A stretch of 64,000 nt of DNA from an uncultured Candidatus Poseidoniales archaeon (GTDB lineage: Archaea > Thermoplasmatota > Poseidoniia > Poseidoniales > Poseidoniaceae). The stretch covers positions 24,220-88,219 of the forward strand of contig CAXEMN010000001.1 in the NCBI GenBank assembly GCA_963997415.1. The letters run 5' to 3'. The position numbers and the translations under genes were made by a program. The notes beneath the pieces are model-generated. The model was not told the origin of the DNA, did not search any database, and was given only the letters and a program-made list of their open reading frames with translations. Of this stretch, positions 20,126 to 29,853 are shown in pieces. Each line of letters begins with the position of its first letter. The stretch's first letter is position 1.

Positions 20126-21028
20126 ATGACGCAAGGTGAAATCGTAGCGGGTTGTTTGGCACCCCACCCTCCACATCTGGTCTATGCGGAAAACCCACCA
20201 CAAAATGAACCGGTTGCAGAAGGCGGTTGGGAACAGTTGCGCTGGGGTTATGAACGCCTAAGGGAGTCGCTCAAAGATGTTGAATATGATGCGATTGTTC
20301 TCCTTTCTCCACATTGGCAAACATATGTTGGAACCCATTTCCTTGGCCTTCCGCAATTCAAAAGTCTATCCGTCGACCCAGTTTTTCCTAACCTCTTTCG
20401 CTACCATTACGATTTGAACATCGATGTAGACCTGACCATGAAAATCCATGACAAGGCTGCAGAGGCTGGCCTTGCTGTGACAATGATGGAAAATCCAGAC
20501 TTCCGAGTTGATTATGGAACCATCACGACAGGTCACATGTTCAATCCAGAATGGGACAAGCCTCTTGTCGTCATTTCAAGCAATAGATCTCGTGATTATT
20601 ATTCAGTTGAAGTGATGCAGGAAATGATGATTGAACTGGGCAAGGTCACCAGAGAAGCAATCCTTGAAAGTGGTAAAAAAGTCGTCGTTCTGGCAAGCAA
20701 TTCACTCTCTCATCGCCACTTTACGACCGAATCAGCCATCCCCGAAGACATGAGCAAAGAACACATTACGAGCCATGCCATGCACCTTTGGGACATGCGG
20801 ATGATTGAGTACTTCCGTACCGGTCAGGCGCAAAGGATCCTCGATGAAATGCCAGAATTCACCGAGCAGGCGATCGCAGAAAGCGATGGCGGTGGACTCT
20901 CGTGGCTTCTTTCGACCCTCGACACCCCGACTTATCCGGCGACGCTTCATGGCTATGGCACCATTATTGGTACTGGAAACGCCATCGTTGAGTGGCCAGA
21001 ACGCAACCACACGGAGGGCTCACAATGA
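20126..21028 (+). CDS. LigB-superfamily extradiol dioxygenase, catalytic (2-aminophenol 1,6-dioxygenase beta/AmnB-like) subunit
   Basis: GEIVAGCLAPHPPHLVYAENPPQNEP, LLSPHWQ, RVDYGTITT, LASNSLSH and GYGTIIGTGNAIVEW resemble AmnB/NbzCb as I recall them. Start at ATG 20126. Confidence 0.7.
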   Translation: MTQGEIVAGCLAPHPPHLVYAENPPQNEPVAEGGWEQLRWGYERLRESLKDVEYDAIVLLSPHWQTYVGTHFLGLPQFKSLSVDPVFPNLFRYHYDLNIDVDLTMKIHDKAAEAGLAVTMMENPDFRVDYGTITTGHMFNPEWDKPLVVISSNRSRDYYSVEVMQEMMIELGKVTREAILESGKKVVVLASNSLSHRHFTTESAIPEDMSKEHITSHAMHLWDMRMIEYFRTGQAQRILDEMPEFTEQAIAESDGGGLSWLLSTLDTPTYPATLHGYGTIIGTGNAIVEWPERNHTEGSQ

Positions 21029-22446
21029 GTCAAGGCGAACTTGTAGGTTCCTACATTGTCCCAGTCCACCCCCACACCGTTCTGGCTCCAGAACAAAACG
21101 AAGGTTGGCAACGTTTGCGAGATGCATTTGATGAAGCTGCCAAGCGAATAAAAGAAGCAGAGGCCGATTTACTGATTATTTACTCCACAACTTGGCCGAG
21201 CATCATTGGGCATCAAATTCAGGCTGATCCAAATCCAGAATGGGTCATGGTCGACCATGACTTCCACGCTTTGGGTTCCATTCCATACTCGTTCAACATC
21301 GATGCTGAATTTGCCCATGCGTGGGATCAAGCGAACGCGAAGCGAGGCCTCAAATCCCGTACAGTGAATTACACTGGGTTCCCGATTGATGTTGGTTCTG
21401 TTGTCGCACTCAAACTTCTCAATCCTGACAATTCGATTCCAGCCGTGATCGTTTCTTCCAATGTGTATGCAAACCGGTCAGAAACGACTGTGTTGGCAAA
21501 GTCTTGCCTTGATGTGATCAAGGCAACAGGGCGAAAAGCGGTTGCGGTGACAGCGATGTCGCTTTCAAACCGCATGTTTACCACCCCGATTGAGCCCAAG
21601 GATGACAAAATTCATTCGTTGAAAGACGATGAATGGAATCGAAAGATTCTCGAATTCCTCGGCGAGGGCCGTCTCGAAGATGTGGGCCAACTCTCACGGA
21701 CCATTCACAAGCAAATTCGAGTTCAAAAAGTGGTGGCCTTCAAGCCGATGTGGTGGCTTTCTGGAATGAATGGAAACCGCAATAATTTGACCGGTGAGGT
21801 ACTTGCCTACGAAGCCATCCATGGTGCAGGTGGCGCTGTTGTTCACCTTGATCCAACACCGTCGGGGGCTGGGGACAAAGAGTACGATGAAGACGATGTG
21901 GAATTCTTCAGCGGTGAGCGGAATGTGCTCGATGCTGAAGGCGATGCCCCCTTGCCCGAGCCGCTGCCTGACCAGTCAAGCCCCTCTTCGGGTCCAGCGT
22001 TGTGGGAGCCCACTACAGGTGAAAGTTCAGTGAACAGTGAAGCGGCTCCAAAACCAGTGGGTATGTATCCTCACGCCCGCCGAGTTGGAGATTTGCTCTA
22101 TCTGTCAGGTGTTGGGCCACGCCAACCGGGCACCAATGCTATTCCTGGTGGTCCGATCAGTGATGATCAGGGTGCTCCACTGGATTACGACATCAAGGCA
22201 CAAACCCGTGCAGTTGTCGAAAACATCACTCGAATTCTTGAAGAAGCCGGAGGTTCAATCGATGATGTTTTGGATGTCACATCATTCCTTGTCGATATGG
22301 ACCGAGATTTTTCGGGCTACAATGAGGTCTGGGCTGAGACACTTGGAAAGGTCGGACCAACACGGACGACCTTGGCCATTCGGGCTTTGCCTACACCAAT
22401 CGCTGTCGAGATGAAAGTGATTGCAAAAGCGCCTCAAGAGAACTGA
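21025..22446 (+). CDS. Fusion of a LigB-like non-catalytic (AmnA-like alpha) subunit with a C-terminal RidA/YjgF-family deaminase domain
   Basis: ATGA overlap with the upstream gene. The N-terminal ~290 aa carry IIYSTTWPS (His lost relative to SPHW), VNYTGFPIDVGS and DDEWNRKILEF. An acidic/Pro linker follows, then a RidA domain: VGDLLYLSGVGP...RTTLAIRALPTPIAVEMKVIA. Confidence 0.7.
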   Translation: MSQGELVGSYIVPVHPHTVLAPEQNEGWQRLRDAFDEAAKRIKEAEADLLIIYSTTWPSIIGHQIQADPNPEWVMVDHDFHALGSIPYSFNIDAEFAHAWDQANAKRGLKSRTVNYTGFPIDVGSVVALKLLNPDNSIPAVIVSSNVYANRSETTVLAKSCLDVIKATGRKAVAVTAMSLSNRMFTTPIEPKDDKIHSLKDDEWNRKILEFLGEGRLEDVGQLSRTIHKQIRVQKVVAFKPMWWLSGMNGNRNNLTGEVLAYEAIHGAGGAVVHLDPTPSGAGDKEYDEDDVEFFSGERNVLDAEGDAPLPEPLPDQSSPSSGPALWEPTTGESSVNSEAAPKPVGMYPHARRVGDLLYLSGVGPRQPGTNAIPGGPISDDQGAPLDYDIKAQTRAVVENITRILEEAGGSIDDVLDVTSFLVDMDRDFSGYNEVWAETLGKVGPTRTTLAIRALPTPIAVEMKVIAKAPQEN

Positions 22447-22451
22447 GTTCA

Positions 22452-24320
22452 TCAGCACAACTCGTGGGTGCATGTCGGCGGCGTGAAGTAGCGTCGATCG
22501 TTTGGATTGAACGTATCGAGTTGAAGGGTTGAGGTTTCGCCTTCTTGGATGAACACGACAGAGGAGGTGCTCGCAGGCAGGTAATCTTCGCCTGTGGAGA
22601 GGAGGCTCAAGCGGAATCTGTTGCCTGCTTCAATCTCAGCATCCAGTGGCATGAATTCCATCTTGGCATTGATGGTCTGGACCAATGGCGTCCATGTTTG
22701 AATATCATCGCCACCTGCATAGTAGCGTAGATCCATAATGGCATGACCAATGTGGATGCATTCATCGTTTTCATCACATTCTTCGAGAAGTGCATAGAGC
22801 TGACCACCAAGGGTTGCGGTCGTTACATCGACATGTAAGCGTGGCGTTCCAGCAATGTACATTGTCTCCTCGAGCGGAGCAGATTCCCAAACAGGTCCTG
22901 TGGTTGCATCAGGTAAGACGCTCATTCCACCGCCAACACTCGTGAGCAATCCACCAAGGTCCATCGAGACAACACTGATGTCGGCAGGCGGATACCTGTC
23001 TTCAAGGCGCCAAGAGCCTTGATTCGATTGAATTTCAACATAGAGCCCGGGTTGTTCTCCCTCGCCTCGCAAGTAGAAATCAAACCATTCAAGTAAGTCC
23101 TGCATCCAATCGTAGCGAACCATTTCAGGGAAGGCTTCTCCTCCTCTACCGCCAAGGTCAGAGCGATCAGAAAGTTGCACGGGACGGTCTGGATAGTCAT
23201 GGTCCCATTGGCCAAACAAACCCTTTGCGTCGATGCCCGCATCCTTGAGGGCGTTGATTGTCGGCACGGCCATATGCGGGTCGACGTTCCAGTCATGCAT
23301 GCCTTGAATGAGGTAGACACTGCCCTTGTAGTTCTCAATCACCCTGTCGAGGAAGTATCGCTCGGCCCAATAATCACCAGCAACCTCGGAGCCAAACATG
23401 TATGCAGATACGCCGGTACCCGGCCCGAGAATGTAATCTGGGCACAGGTTCTGATAGTCTTCTTCATCGCCGTCGATGCCATAGGATCCGTAAACGCCAT
23501 TGTGCATGATCGGTGCTCGGGCTTCAGCCGAACCATTACGCCACATCAATTCCTTCACGCCAATCAAGCCCGAAATTGGGACGATTGTCTTGAGGTAATC
23601 ATGCTCCGCACCGAACATTGCTGCTTGCCATGGTGTACTTCCATCGTAGGATTTTCCAATCATGCCGACCGCTCCATTCGACCATTCTTGCTCACCAAAC
23701 CAACGAACTGCGGCATCATTACCCAATTGTTCTGCATTACCCATCAGGTCCATACAGTGGTTTGAGCGCCCGGTACCTGTCACGGAGACCTGCGCAAAAG
23801 CAAAGCCATGAGGTAGGATTTGGTCGATGATCATTTGTCCAAGCCAAGTGCCTGGAACTTCAATGCTTGGCGTTTCCACGCTTGCTTCTTGGAAGTAAGG
23901 TCCGAATTCTGCAATGACGGGAACAGTGACGCCTTCTGGTACATTTGGTCGCCACACTGCGAGGCTGATCACTGCGTTGTCAAGGAGTGCTGCTCCACCT
24001 TCATCAATCGGTAAGGTGTATTCAACAAAGTGATGGGTCGAATTCCATTCATTATCGGTTCCAAGGATTTCATATGGTCCAGTTTCAAGTGCAATTCCGA
24101 ATTCCCCATTTGTTTGGTATGGCATGTTCGAACGCTCCCATACAGGAACGCGCACGCCGACATTGCTTTCTTCATCCTTGGCGAGTTCTATCACCGCTTC
24201 TCCAAAGACTGCTGAAATAAACAGGAAGGCCAATGCCACCGCTATGGTCGAGGCGAGTACGAGGTTGAATTCCCTCGACATTCTCGTGTGTTGAGTGGAG
24301 TCAATCTTTGCACCTGACAT
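22452..24320 (-). CDS. Membrane-anchored S15-family X-Pro dipeptidyl peptidase / CocE-NonD type hydrolase
   Basis: N-terminal TM segment LVLASTIAVALAFLFISAVF, nucleophile context GMIGKSYDGSTPW, and a large C-terminal beta-domain. Start taken at ATG 24320 or 24281. Confidence 0.7.
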   Translation of the reverse strand: MSGAKIDSTQHTRMSREFNLVLASTIAVALAFLFISAVFGEAVIELAKDEESNVGVRVPVWERSNMPYQTNGEFGIALETGPYEILGTDNEWNSTHHFVEYTLPIDEGGAALLDNAVISLAVWRPNVPEGVTVPVIAEFGPYFQEASVETPSIEVPGTWLGQMIIDQILPHGFAFAQVSVTGTGRSNHCMDLMGNAEQLGNDAAVRWFGEQEWSNGAVGMIGKSYDGSTPWQAAMFGAEHDYLKTIVPISGLIGVKELMWRNGSAEARAPIMHNGVYGSYGIDGDEEDYQNLCPDYILGPGTGVSAYMFGSEVAGDYWAERYFLDRVIENYKGSVYLIQGMHDWNVDPHMAVPTINALKDAGIDAKGLFGQWDHDYPDRPVQLSDRSDLGGRGGEAFPEMVRYDWMQDLLEWFDFYLRGEGEQPGLYVEIQSNQGSWRLEDRYPPADISVVSMDLGGLLTSVGGGMSVLPDATTGPVWESAPLEETMYIAGTPRLHVDVTTATLGGQLYALLEECDENDECIHIGHAIMDLRYYAGGDDIQTWTPLVQTINAKMEFMPLDAEIEAGNRFRLSLLSTGEDYLPASTSSVVFIQEGETSTLQLDTFNPNDRRYFTPPTCTHELC

Positions 24321-24400
24321 CGACACCCGCCTCCACATTACCCTCTGAGCGGTTTCTTTTGAGGTTGCCGAATCAATGACCGTCCGGTGCAAGGTCGATG

Positions 24401-25771
24401 TTAATCATCGCGAGGACGTCGGTTTTGATTGGTGTTTCTTTTTCCCGAACGGTTGCCACGATTTCGGTTTGACCGCTTGTTATTCCCGCCATTGTTCTTC
24501 CCTCTTGGCGCACCTTGTCCACCTCGATTGCTCCTTCCGCCGCCTTGCTTGGATCGGTTCCGGTTTCGTTGCTTTTTCTTAGGAGCGTTAGGATCCTTGA
24601 CCTTGCCAGGCTTTTGACCTGGTTTAGGAATCGCTCCGATGAAATGGAATTCATGTGAGGCATCGACCGGAATTTCTTTGCCGATCAATTGTTGGATGCC
24701 CACCAAATATCCGGATTCGGAATCATCACAGAAACCGTATGCAATCCCAGTTCTTCCGGCCCTTGCTGTGCGTCCAATCCGATGGACATAGCTTTCAGGC
24801 TCATTTGGTAAATCATAATTGAACACGTGAGTCACTCCATCGACATCGATGCCTCGACTTGCAATGTCAGTCGCCACCAAGATTGGGATGCTTCCGTCTT
24901 TGAATCCGGCAAGCGCTCGTGTTCGCGCCCCTTGGCTCTTGTTTCCATGAATGGCAGCTGCAGCAATCCCGCTCTGGTCCAGTTGCTTGACAAGTCGGTT
25001 AGCACCGTGTTTTGTGCGGGTGAACACAATGCCACATTCAACCCGTTCATTTTTGATGATTTTAACCAGCAAGCGTCTTTTATCTGCTTTGCGAAGGAAC
25101 ATGATTTTCTGATCGATTCGATCGACAGTCACTTCTTCTGGCGTGATGTCAACTTTGATGGCGTTGTTCAAGAATGAGCCTGCAAGATTTGCAATTGATG
25201 ACGGCATCGTTGCGCTGAAAAGGAGGTTTTGCCGTTTGTTTGGTAGAAGTTTCAACACCTTCTTGATGTCGTGGATAAAGCCCATATCAAGCATTCTGTC
25301 TGCTTCATCGAGGACAAAGAATTCGACATTGGTAATGTCGATGTGCCCTTGATTGATGAGGTCGAGCAGTCGGCCAGGTGTCGCCACCAAGACGTCCAAA
25401 CCTTTCTGCAATGCTCGAACTTGTGGGTTTTGATTGACGCCGCCAAAAATCACTTTGTGACGGATGTCGAGGTGTTCACTGTAGGCTGAAAAGCGATCAT
25501 CGATTTGGGCCGCTAATTCACGAGTAGGTGAAAGGACCAAGGCGCGAATGTATCGCTTTCCTTGTGGGCGATTTCGACTCATGATCTGCAACACTGGGAG
25601 GGCGAATGCTGCGGTTTTTCCTGTGCCTGTTTGTGCCACGCCCAACACATCTCTGCCTGCTAGCAATGGTGGAATCGCTTGTTCTTGTACAGGTGTTGGT
25701 GTCGTATATCCTTCTGCTTCAACAGCACGAAGAAGAGGCTTTGAAAGCCCTAATGATTCGAAATCGGTCAT
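24401..25771 (-). CDS. DEAD-box ATP-dependent RNA helicase (RhlE-like) with a basic RG/RN-rich tail
   Basis: Motifs: Q-motif/TPTPVQ, AQTGTGKTAAF, PTRELA, VLDEAD, SAT, ARGID, HRIGRTARAG. Start at ATG 25771 (MTDFESLGL). The ORF-track extension to 26080 overlaps pheS. Confidence 0.9.
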   Translation of the reverse strand: MTDFESLGLSKPLLRAVEAEGYTTPTPVQEQAIPPLLAGRDVLGVAQTGTGKTAAFALPVLQIMSRNRPQGKRYIRALVLSPTRELAAQIDDRFSAYSEHLDIRHKVIFGGVNQNPQVRALQKGLDVLVATPGRLLDLINQGHIDITNVEFFVLDEADRMLDMGFIHDIKKVLKLLPNKRQNLLFSATMPSSIANLAGSFLNNAIKVDITPEEVTVDRIDQKIMFLRKADKRRLLVKIIKNERVECGIVFTRTKHGANRLVKQLDQSGIAAAAIHGNKSQGARTRALAGFKDGSIPILVATDIASRGIDVDGVTHVFNYDLPNEPESYVHRIGRTARAGRTGIAYGFCDDSESGYLVGIQQLIGKEIPVDASHEFHFIGAIPKPGQKPGKVKDPNAPKKKQRNRNRSKQGGGRSNRGGQGAPRGKNNGGNNKRSNRNRGNRSGKRNTNQNRRPRDD

Positions 25772-25910
25772 GTGAATCCCTCGAACAGAGGGCAGCAACA
25801 AGATGCTGAAGCCAACCTGAACACGCCGCGCTCTCAGCCCATCCTCTAAAACAGGGTTGGTCGAATTCAGTCCCCGCAGTGCATTGAAGCAAAGAGAACG
25901 GGTTTCCGAA

Positions 25911-27422
25911 TCAAAGAATTGGTTGATTTCGGAGCCAATCGAGGTCCGAAATGTACAGTTGGCGAATGTCGTCCAAACCAAGGACCAGCATGGCCAAGCG
26001 CTCGAGGCCCATGCCCCATGCAAGCACAGGTGTTGAGATCCCCAATGGCTCTGTGACTTCTGGCCGGAAAATTCCTGCACCGCCGAGCTCTAACCACTTT
26101 CCTCGCCATTTCACTTCAATCTCGAGGCTTGGTTCTGTGTAAGGGAAGTACGCAGGACGGACTCGAACCTCTGGATATCCCATCTTTGCATAGAAGGTTT
26201 TCAAGGTCGTGACGAGCATCTGAAGGTTTGCGCCCTCTTCCATAATGATGCCTTCAATCTGATGAAATTCAGGAAGATGAGTTCGATCAATGGCCTCTTT
26301 GCGGAACACACGGTCGACCGAAAAGACTCGACAAGCATCTTGGGGGTTCTCTGCAAGGTATTGGATGGTGTTGACCGTGGTGTGGGTTCGTAGCAAGGCT
26401 CTCTCTGAAGTGGCTTTTGAAAATGCGCCACCCCAGCCGACAGAACCTGTCGTCCCCCCATGCTCATGAATGTCCCCCCATGCACTGACCAATTCATCAG
26501 GGAGTGAAATCGATGCTGGATTCTCGAGGTAAAATGTATCTTGCATCTCTCGAGCAGGGTGATCCTGTGGAATAAACAATGCATCCATATTCCATCCCGC
26601 TGTTTGCACATAGTCATCGACAAGTTCTGAGAAGCCCATTTCAAGGAAAATAGCACGGACTCTCTCGATCAAGGCCTGCATTGGATGGCTACGACCTGTA
26701 GGTGGAGTGCTCGACTCAAGCGTGACATCGAAGGTACGATACTCTGCATTCATCCAGTCTTCTGACTGGAGTAACTCGGTTGTGATTTCAGCAACAGCGA
26801 CCTTTTCCTCAAGATGTGCTGCTTGAACAGCCATGCCAGATTCTGTGATCGTCCATGAACGTGTGGTCTGTTCGACAACTTCGATGAGTCCGCGTCGTGT
26901 TTTGAAATGCTCAAGCATCTCTGGATTTGCATCGCTGACAAGGCAGGGCAATGCTTCGATGAATGCGGACCGTTTGGCAATTGCTGCACGGACACTTGTT
27001 GGGTCCTCGGCTTGGAAGTGACCTTCCTGAAGTTGAACACCGAGTCGCTTGAGCAAGCCGACTCCAGGACCAGCTTCATGGCGCTCAAATGCAGATTGCA
27101 AGCCACTCATCGATGCTTCATCTGAAGATTCAATCCAACTCCAGAGTCGTGCCTCAAGCAACCCTTCAGATGCCGCTTTGATGCCTTCAGTAGCAAGTTT
27201 GACGGTTTGTGTGATCTGTTCATTCGTGGAAACAAAGCCCTTGTTTGAAAGACCATGACCGGCGCCAACGGCAATGGCTTGGTCGCTCCAATTGCACGAT
27301 TTGAGAATCTCTTCCAATCCCCATTCGCCGGCTTTTTCTTGCATCACTTTGAGCATTCGACGCTCAGGATTCAGCAAGACTGATGCCTCCATGACGTGGT
27401 GGGGGCGACCAACGCCCTTCAA
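25911..27422 (-). CDS. pheS: Phenylalanine--tRNA ligase alpha subunit, archaeal/eukaryal long type
   Basis: ~500 aa, versus ~340 aa in bacteria. Class II motifs: FRKEAIDRTHLPEFHQIEG, GGAGIFRPEV, GMGLERLAML. Confidence 0.9.
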   Translation of the reverse strand: MKGVGRPHHVMEASVLLNPERRMLKVMQEKAGEWGLEEILKSCNWSDQAIAVGAGHGLSNKGFVSTNEQITQTVKLATEGIKAASEGLLEARLWSWIESSDEASMSGLQSAFERHEAGPGVGLLKRLGVQLQEGHFQAEDPTSVRAAIAKRSAFIEALPCLVSDANPEMLEHFKTRRGLIEVVEQTTRSWTITESGMAVQAAHLEEKVAVAEITTELLQSEDWMNAEYRTFDVTLESSTPPTGRSHPMQALIERVRAIFLEMGFSELVDDYVQTAGWNMDALFIPQDHPAREMQDTFYLENPASISLPDELVSAWGDIHEHGGTTGSVGWGGAFSKATSERALLRTHTTVNTIQYLAENPQDACRVFSVDRVFRKEAIDRTHLPEFHQIEGIIMEEGANLQMLVTTLKTFYAKMGYPEVRVRPAYFPYTEPSLEIEVKWRGKWLELGGAGIFRPEVTEPLGISTPVLAWGMGLERLAMLVLGLDDIRQLYISDLDWLRNQPIL

Positions 27423-27475
27423 ATCTATGCTTCAAAAATAAGTAAAGAGAGCGTTCGATGATGTCGACCCTGTCA

Positions 27476-27856
27476 TCACTCTTCTTCCAGCCAAAGGCGA
27501 GTGCCGCATGCTGGGCACGTGTATTCAGATGGTTTGTGTCCATTGATCACGGTGACCGTGCCGCATGGACCGCACAGGATGGATGAACGAATTGGTTCAT
27601 CGAGGGTGGTGTCAACGCGGTACATCACTCGCCCTGCGTCAGGCAGTTGCTCAGCAGCAGGCAGCCAATTTTCAATTTCTTCAGGTGACATTGTTCGCTG
27701 AGATTTCATGGACATGCCAAGGACGAACAGCACCACGCCTCCAACCCCGATGGTGGCCCCCATTGAGTAGATGCCTCCAACTGAGAGAAATGCACCAGTG
27801 ACGAGACAAATCAATCCTGCGACGAGGATGTTCTCTTTGCCGTGCTGCACCATCAC
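27476..27856 (-). CDS. Small membrane protein with a C-terminal zinc ribbon
   Basis: Two TM helices, then CGPCG...17 aa...CPACG (a CxxC/CxxC pair). No known family recognised. Confidence 0.45.
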   Translation of the reverse strand: MMVQHGKENILVAGLICLVTGAFLSVGGIYSMGATIGVGGVVLFVLGMSMKSQRTMSPEEIENWLPAAEQLPDAGRVMYRVDTTLDEPIRSSILCGPCGTVTVINGHKPSEYTCPACGTRLWLEEE

Positions 27857-27862
27857 TTCACC

Positions 27863-29221
27863 TCATTGTAAAGCGTCTCTGAGAGCGGAGGCGACTTTTG
27901 GAATCTGGGCGAGAGGGATAGCACACAACCCAATGCGAACACCACCGGTTAATGGGACAAGGTAGACATCCTGTTGTGCACATGCTTCTGCAATGTCGTG
28001 GGGTTGTTCATGGTCCAACCATGCAAAGAAACCATCATGGGTAGGATTGAGTGGGACGCCAAGTTGTTCGCAGCAGTCAATCAGTGCAGTTCGCCGGTCA
28101 GTCAACAATTCTTTCAAGCGATCCCGTTCGTTGCTCCAGGCAGCCCCAGTTTCGTGGGATGCATGCATTTCACTGACGGTGAACTGAGACACACGTGGCG
28201 CTGCTGACCATGTTTGGCGCCCAGTTACACCCATAACTGTCGCTATTCGGTCGGTGACGGCTTGGTCCGGATGGATGCTTACGATTGCCCCAGTTCGAAG
28301 CCCGTACATGGTGTGTGATTTTGATAGGGACAGTGCAAATGTGATCAGGAGGTTTTCAGGCCATGGCCATCCATTTGACATGGCATCATGAATGGTTTCC
28401 GCCCAACCATGTGGTTCTTCAGCGTACAAATGATATGCCAAATCCAAGAGAAGGGTATGGCCGACCTTTTCATTGACTGAAGCACTCTCCATCACCGCTT
28501 CAAGCATGGCCATTCGCCCATCTGGGGTGAGGGTGAGGCCGGTTGGATTGTGAGCAGGGTCATTGATCCATATCATGACTTTGTCCTGCTTTGCACACAG
28601 ATTGGAGAGCTCTGACTTGAAGCCCTGAATATCAACAAACGGGTAAGGGGATGCCTCCTTTGGAAGCAGAGGATAGGTGCGTGGTTTCAAATCACAACCT
28701 GCGAGGAAGCCCTTGTAAGGGCCCCAATGGCGATCTCTGAGGATCACATGGTCGCCACGGTTGGCAAAATTTGTTGCAGCGAGGTACAATGCTCCCGAAC
28801 CACCAGCAGATGCCGTTGCCGTCATCGCGATGCCCATGCTCTCAAGTTCAGTTCGTCGTTCACCAAGTGCGAGTGTCTTGGCCAAATCAAGGAAAGCAGG
28901 GAGACCTGTAAGGGGGGCATAGGCTGCAATTTCGACAGGGGGTGCTTGTCGAATGGCTTCGTCAACCACGGTGTTGATCGCAAGAGTGCCGTCGTCTTCA
29001 AGCAATGCTCCAATGGTCCCATTGACAGCATCTCTGCCTTCGGCCTTAGCGTTTTGATATCGAGCGAACCAAGCAAAAATGGTATCGCTGCCCACCTTTG
29101 TTTGTGCGTAGGGGTTGAGTAAACCTGCGCCCGCATCATGGTCCATGAGCCCCCCAATGCGGGACTCTTCTTTGAGTTGTCTCTCTATTTTCGTAGCCAA
29201 ATCATCCGTTTGATTCATCAA
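27863..29221 (-). CDS. Class I PLP-dependent aminotransferase (AspC/TyrB-like)
   Basis: Motifs: VNGTIGALLEDDG, NDPAHNPTG, and PLP-Lys context SLSKSHTMYGLRTGA. Confidence 0.8.
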   Translation of the reverse strand: MMNQTDDLATKIERQLKEESRIGGLMDHDAGAGLLNPYAQTKVGSDTIFAWFARYQNAKAEGRDAVNGTIGALLEDDGTLAINTVVDEAIRQAPPVEIAAYAPLTGLPAFLDLAKTLALGERRTELESMGIAMTATASAGGSGALYLAATNFANRGDHVILRDRHWGPYKGFLAGCDLKPRTYPLLPKEASPYPFVDIQGFKSELSNLCAKQDKVMIWINDPAHNPTGLTLTPDGRMAMLEAVMESASVNEKVGHTLLLDLAYHLYAEEPHGWAETIHDAMSNGWPWPENLLITFALSLSKSHTMYGLRTGAIVSIHPDQAVTDRIATVMGVTGRQTWSAAPRVSQFTVSEMHASHETGAAWSNERDRLKELLTDRRTALIDCCEQLGVPLNPTHDGFFAWLDHEQPHDIAEACAQQDVYLVPLTGGVRIGLCAIPLAQIPKVASALRDALQ

Positions 29222-29245
29222 GGGTTAGCCTTTGGCCGAACCATC

Positions 29246-29318
29246 GCCTGTGTAGCATAGCTGGTAGTGCATCGGATTTGTAATCCGAAGGCCGGGGGTT
29301 CGAGTCCCTCCGCAGGCT
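29246..29318 (+). tRNA. tRNA-Thr (anticodon UGU), no intron, CCA not encoded
   Basis: Manual cloverleaf: acceptor gcctgtg/cgcaggc (one G-U pair); D arm gcat-agctggta-gtgc with A14, G15, G18 and G19; anticodon arm tcgga-ttTGTaa-tccga; variable loop aggcc; T arm ggggg-ttcgagt-ccctc; discriminator t. Total 73 nt. Confidence 0.9.
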
Positions 29319-29363
29319 CCTTTCATCGATAAGACAGAAAACCAGTTTGTTCTGGAAAGGCAC

Positions 29364-29816
29364 ATGCGTCCCTTTCATCTCGCCTTCCCAGTTGTGGACC
29401 TCACATCAACGGAACGGTTCTATGTCGACCTGCTTGGTTGTACGATTGGTCGCCGAACTGATCAATCGTTAAACTTGAATTTCTTCGGACATCAAATCGT
29501 AGCACACTGTGTTGATTCGATGCCAGATTACACTGATGGTGGGCGAATTGATGGTCGGCAAGTGCCACCTTTCCATTTTGGACTTGTCATGGAATGGACG
29601 CAGTGGCATGAGTTTCGTGACCATCTTGATTCACTGGATGTCAAGTACCGATTGAAGCCACATGTTCGATACCCCGGTTCGATTGGAGAACAAGCAACAA
29701 TGTTCATCGATGATCCTTCGGGCAACGCCATCGAACTCAAGTCCTTTCAGGATGATACGCGTCTCTTTGCAACCCTTTTGGGCAGTGAGCACGCTGCTGG
29801 CGGTGGGCGCCTCTAA
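29364..29816 (+). CDS. VOC (glyoxalase/bleomycin-resistance/dioxygenase) superfamily protein
   Basis: FHLAFPVVDLTSTERFYVDLLGC...IDDPSGNAIELK shows the paired beta-alpha-beta-beta-beta pattern. The substrate is unknown. Confidence 0.6.
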   Translation: MRPFHLAFPVVDLTSTERFYVDLLGCTIGRRTDQSLNLNFFGHQIVAHCVDSMPDYTDGGRIDGRQVPPFHFGLVMEWTQWHEFRDHLDSLDVKYRLKPHVRYPGSIGEQATMFIDDPSGNAIELKSFQDDTRLFATLLGSEHAAGGGRL

Positions 29817-29853
29817 ACCGAACGCTCAAGTTTGAAGAGCGGCTGGGCTGAGC

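Noticed and set aside
25778-25792. A CCCTC-gaaca-GAGGG hairpin overlapping the SD-like GAGGG of the DEAD-box helicase; a thermosensor was considered.
   Set aside because: The stem has only 5 bp and is far below chance significance. No supporting conservation can be assessed here.
25772-26080. The ORF track extends the DEAD-box helicase ORF by 103 N-terminal codons, to 26080.
   Set aside because: The extension overlaps the 3' end of pheS on the same strand, is Cys/Trp/Ser-rich nonsense, and precedes the canonical helicase N-terminus MTDFESLGL at ATG 25771.
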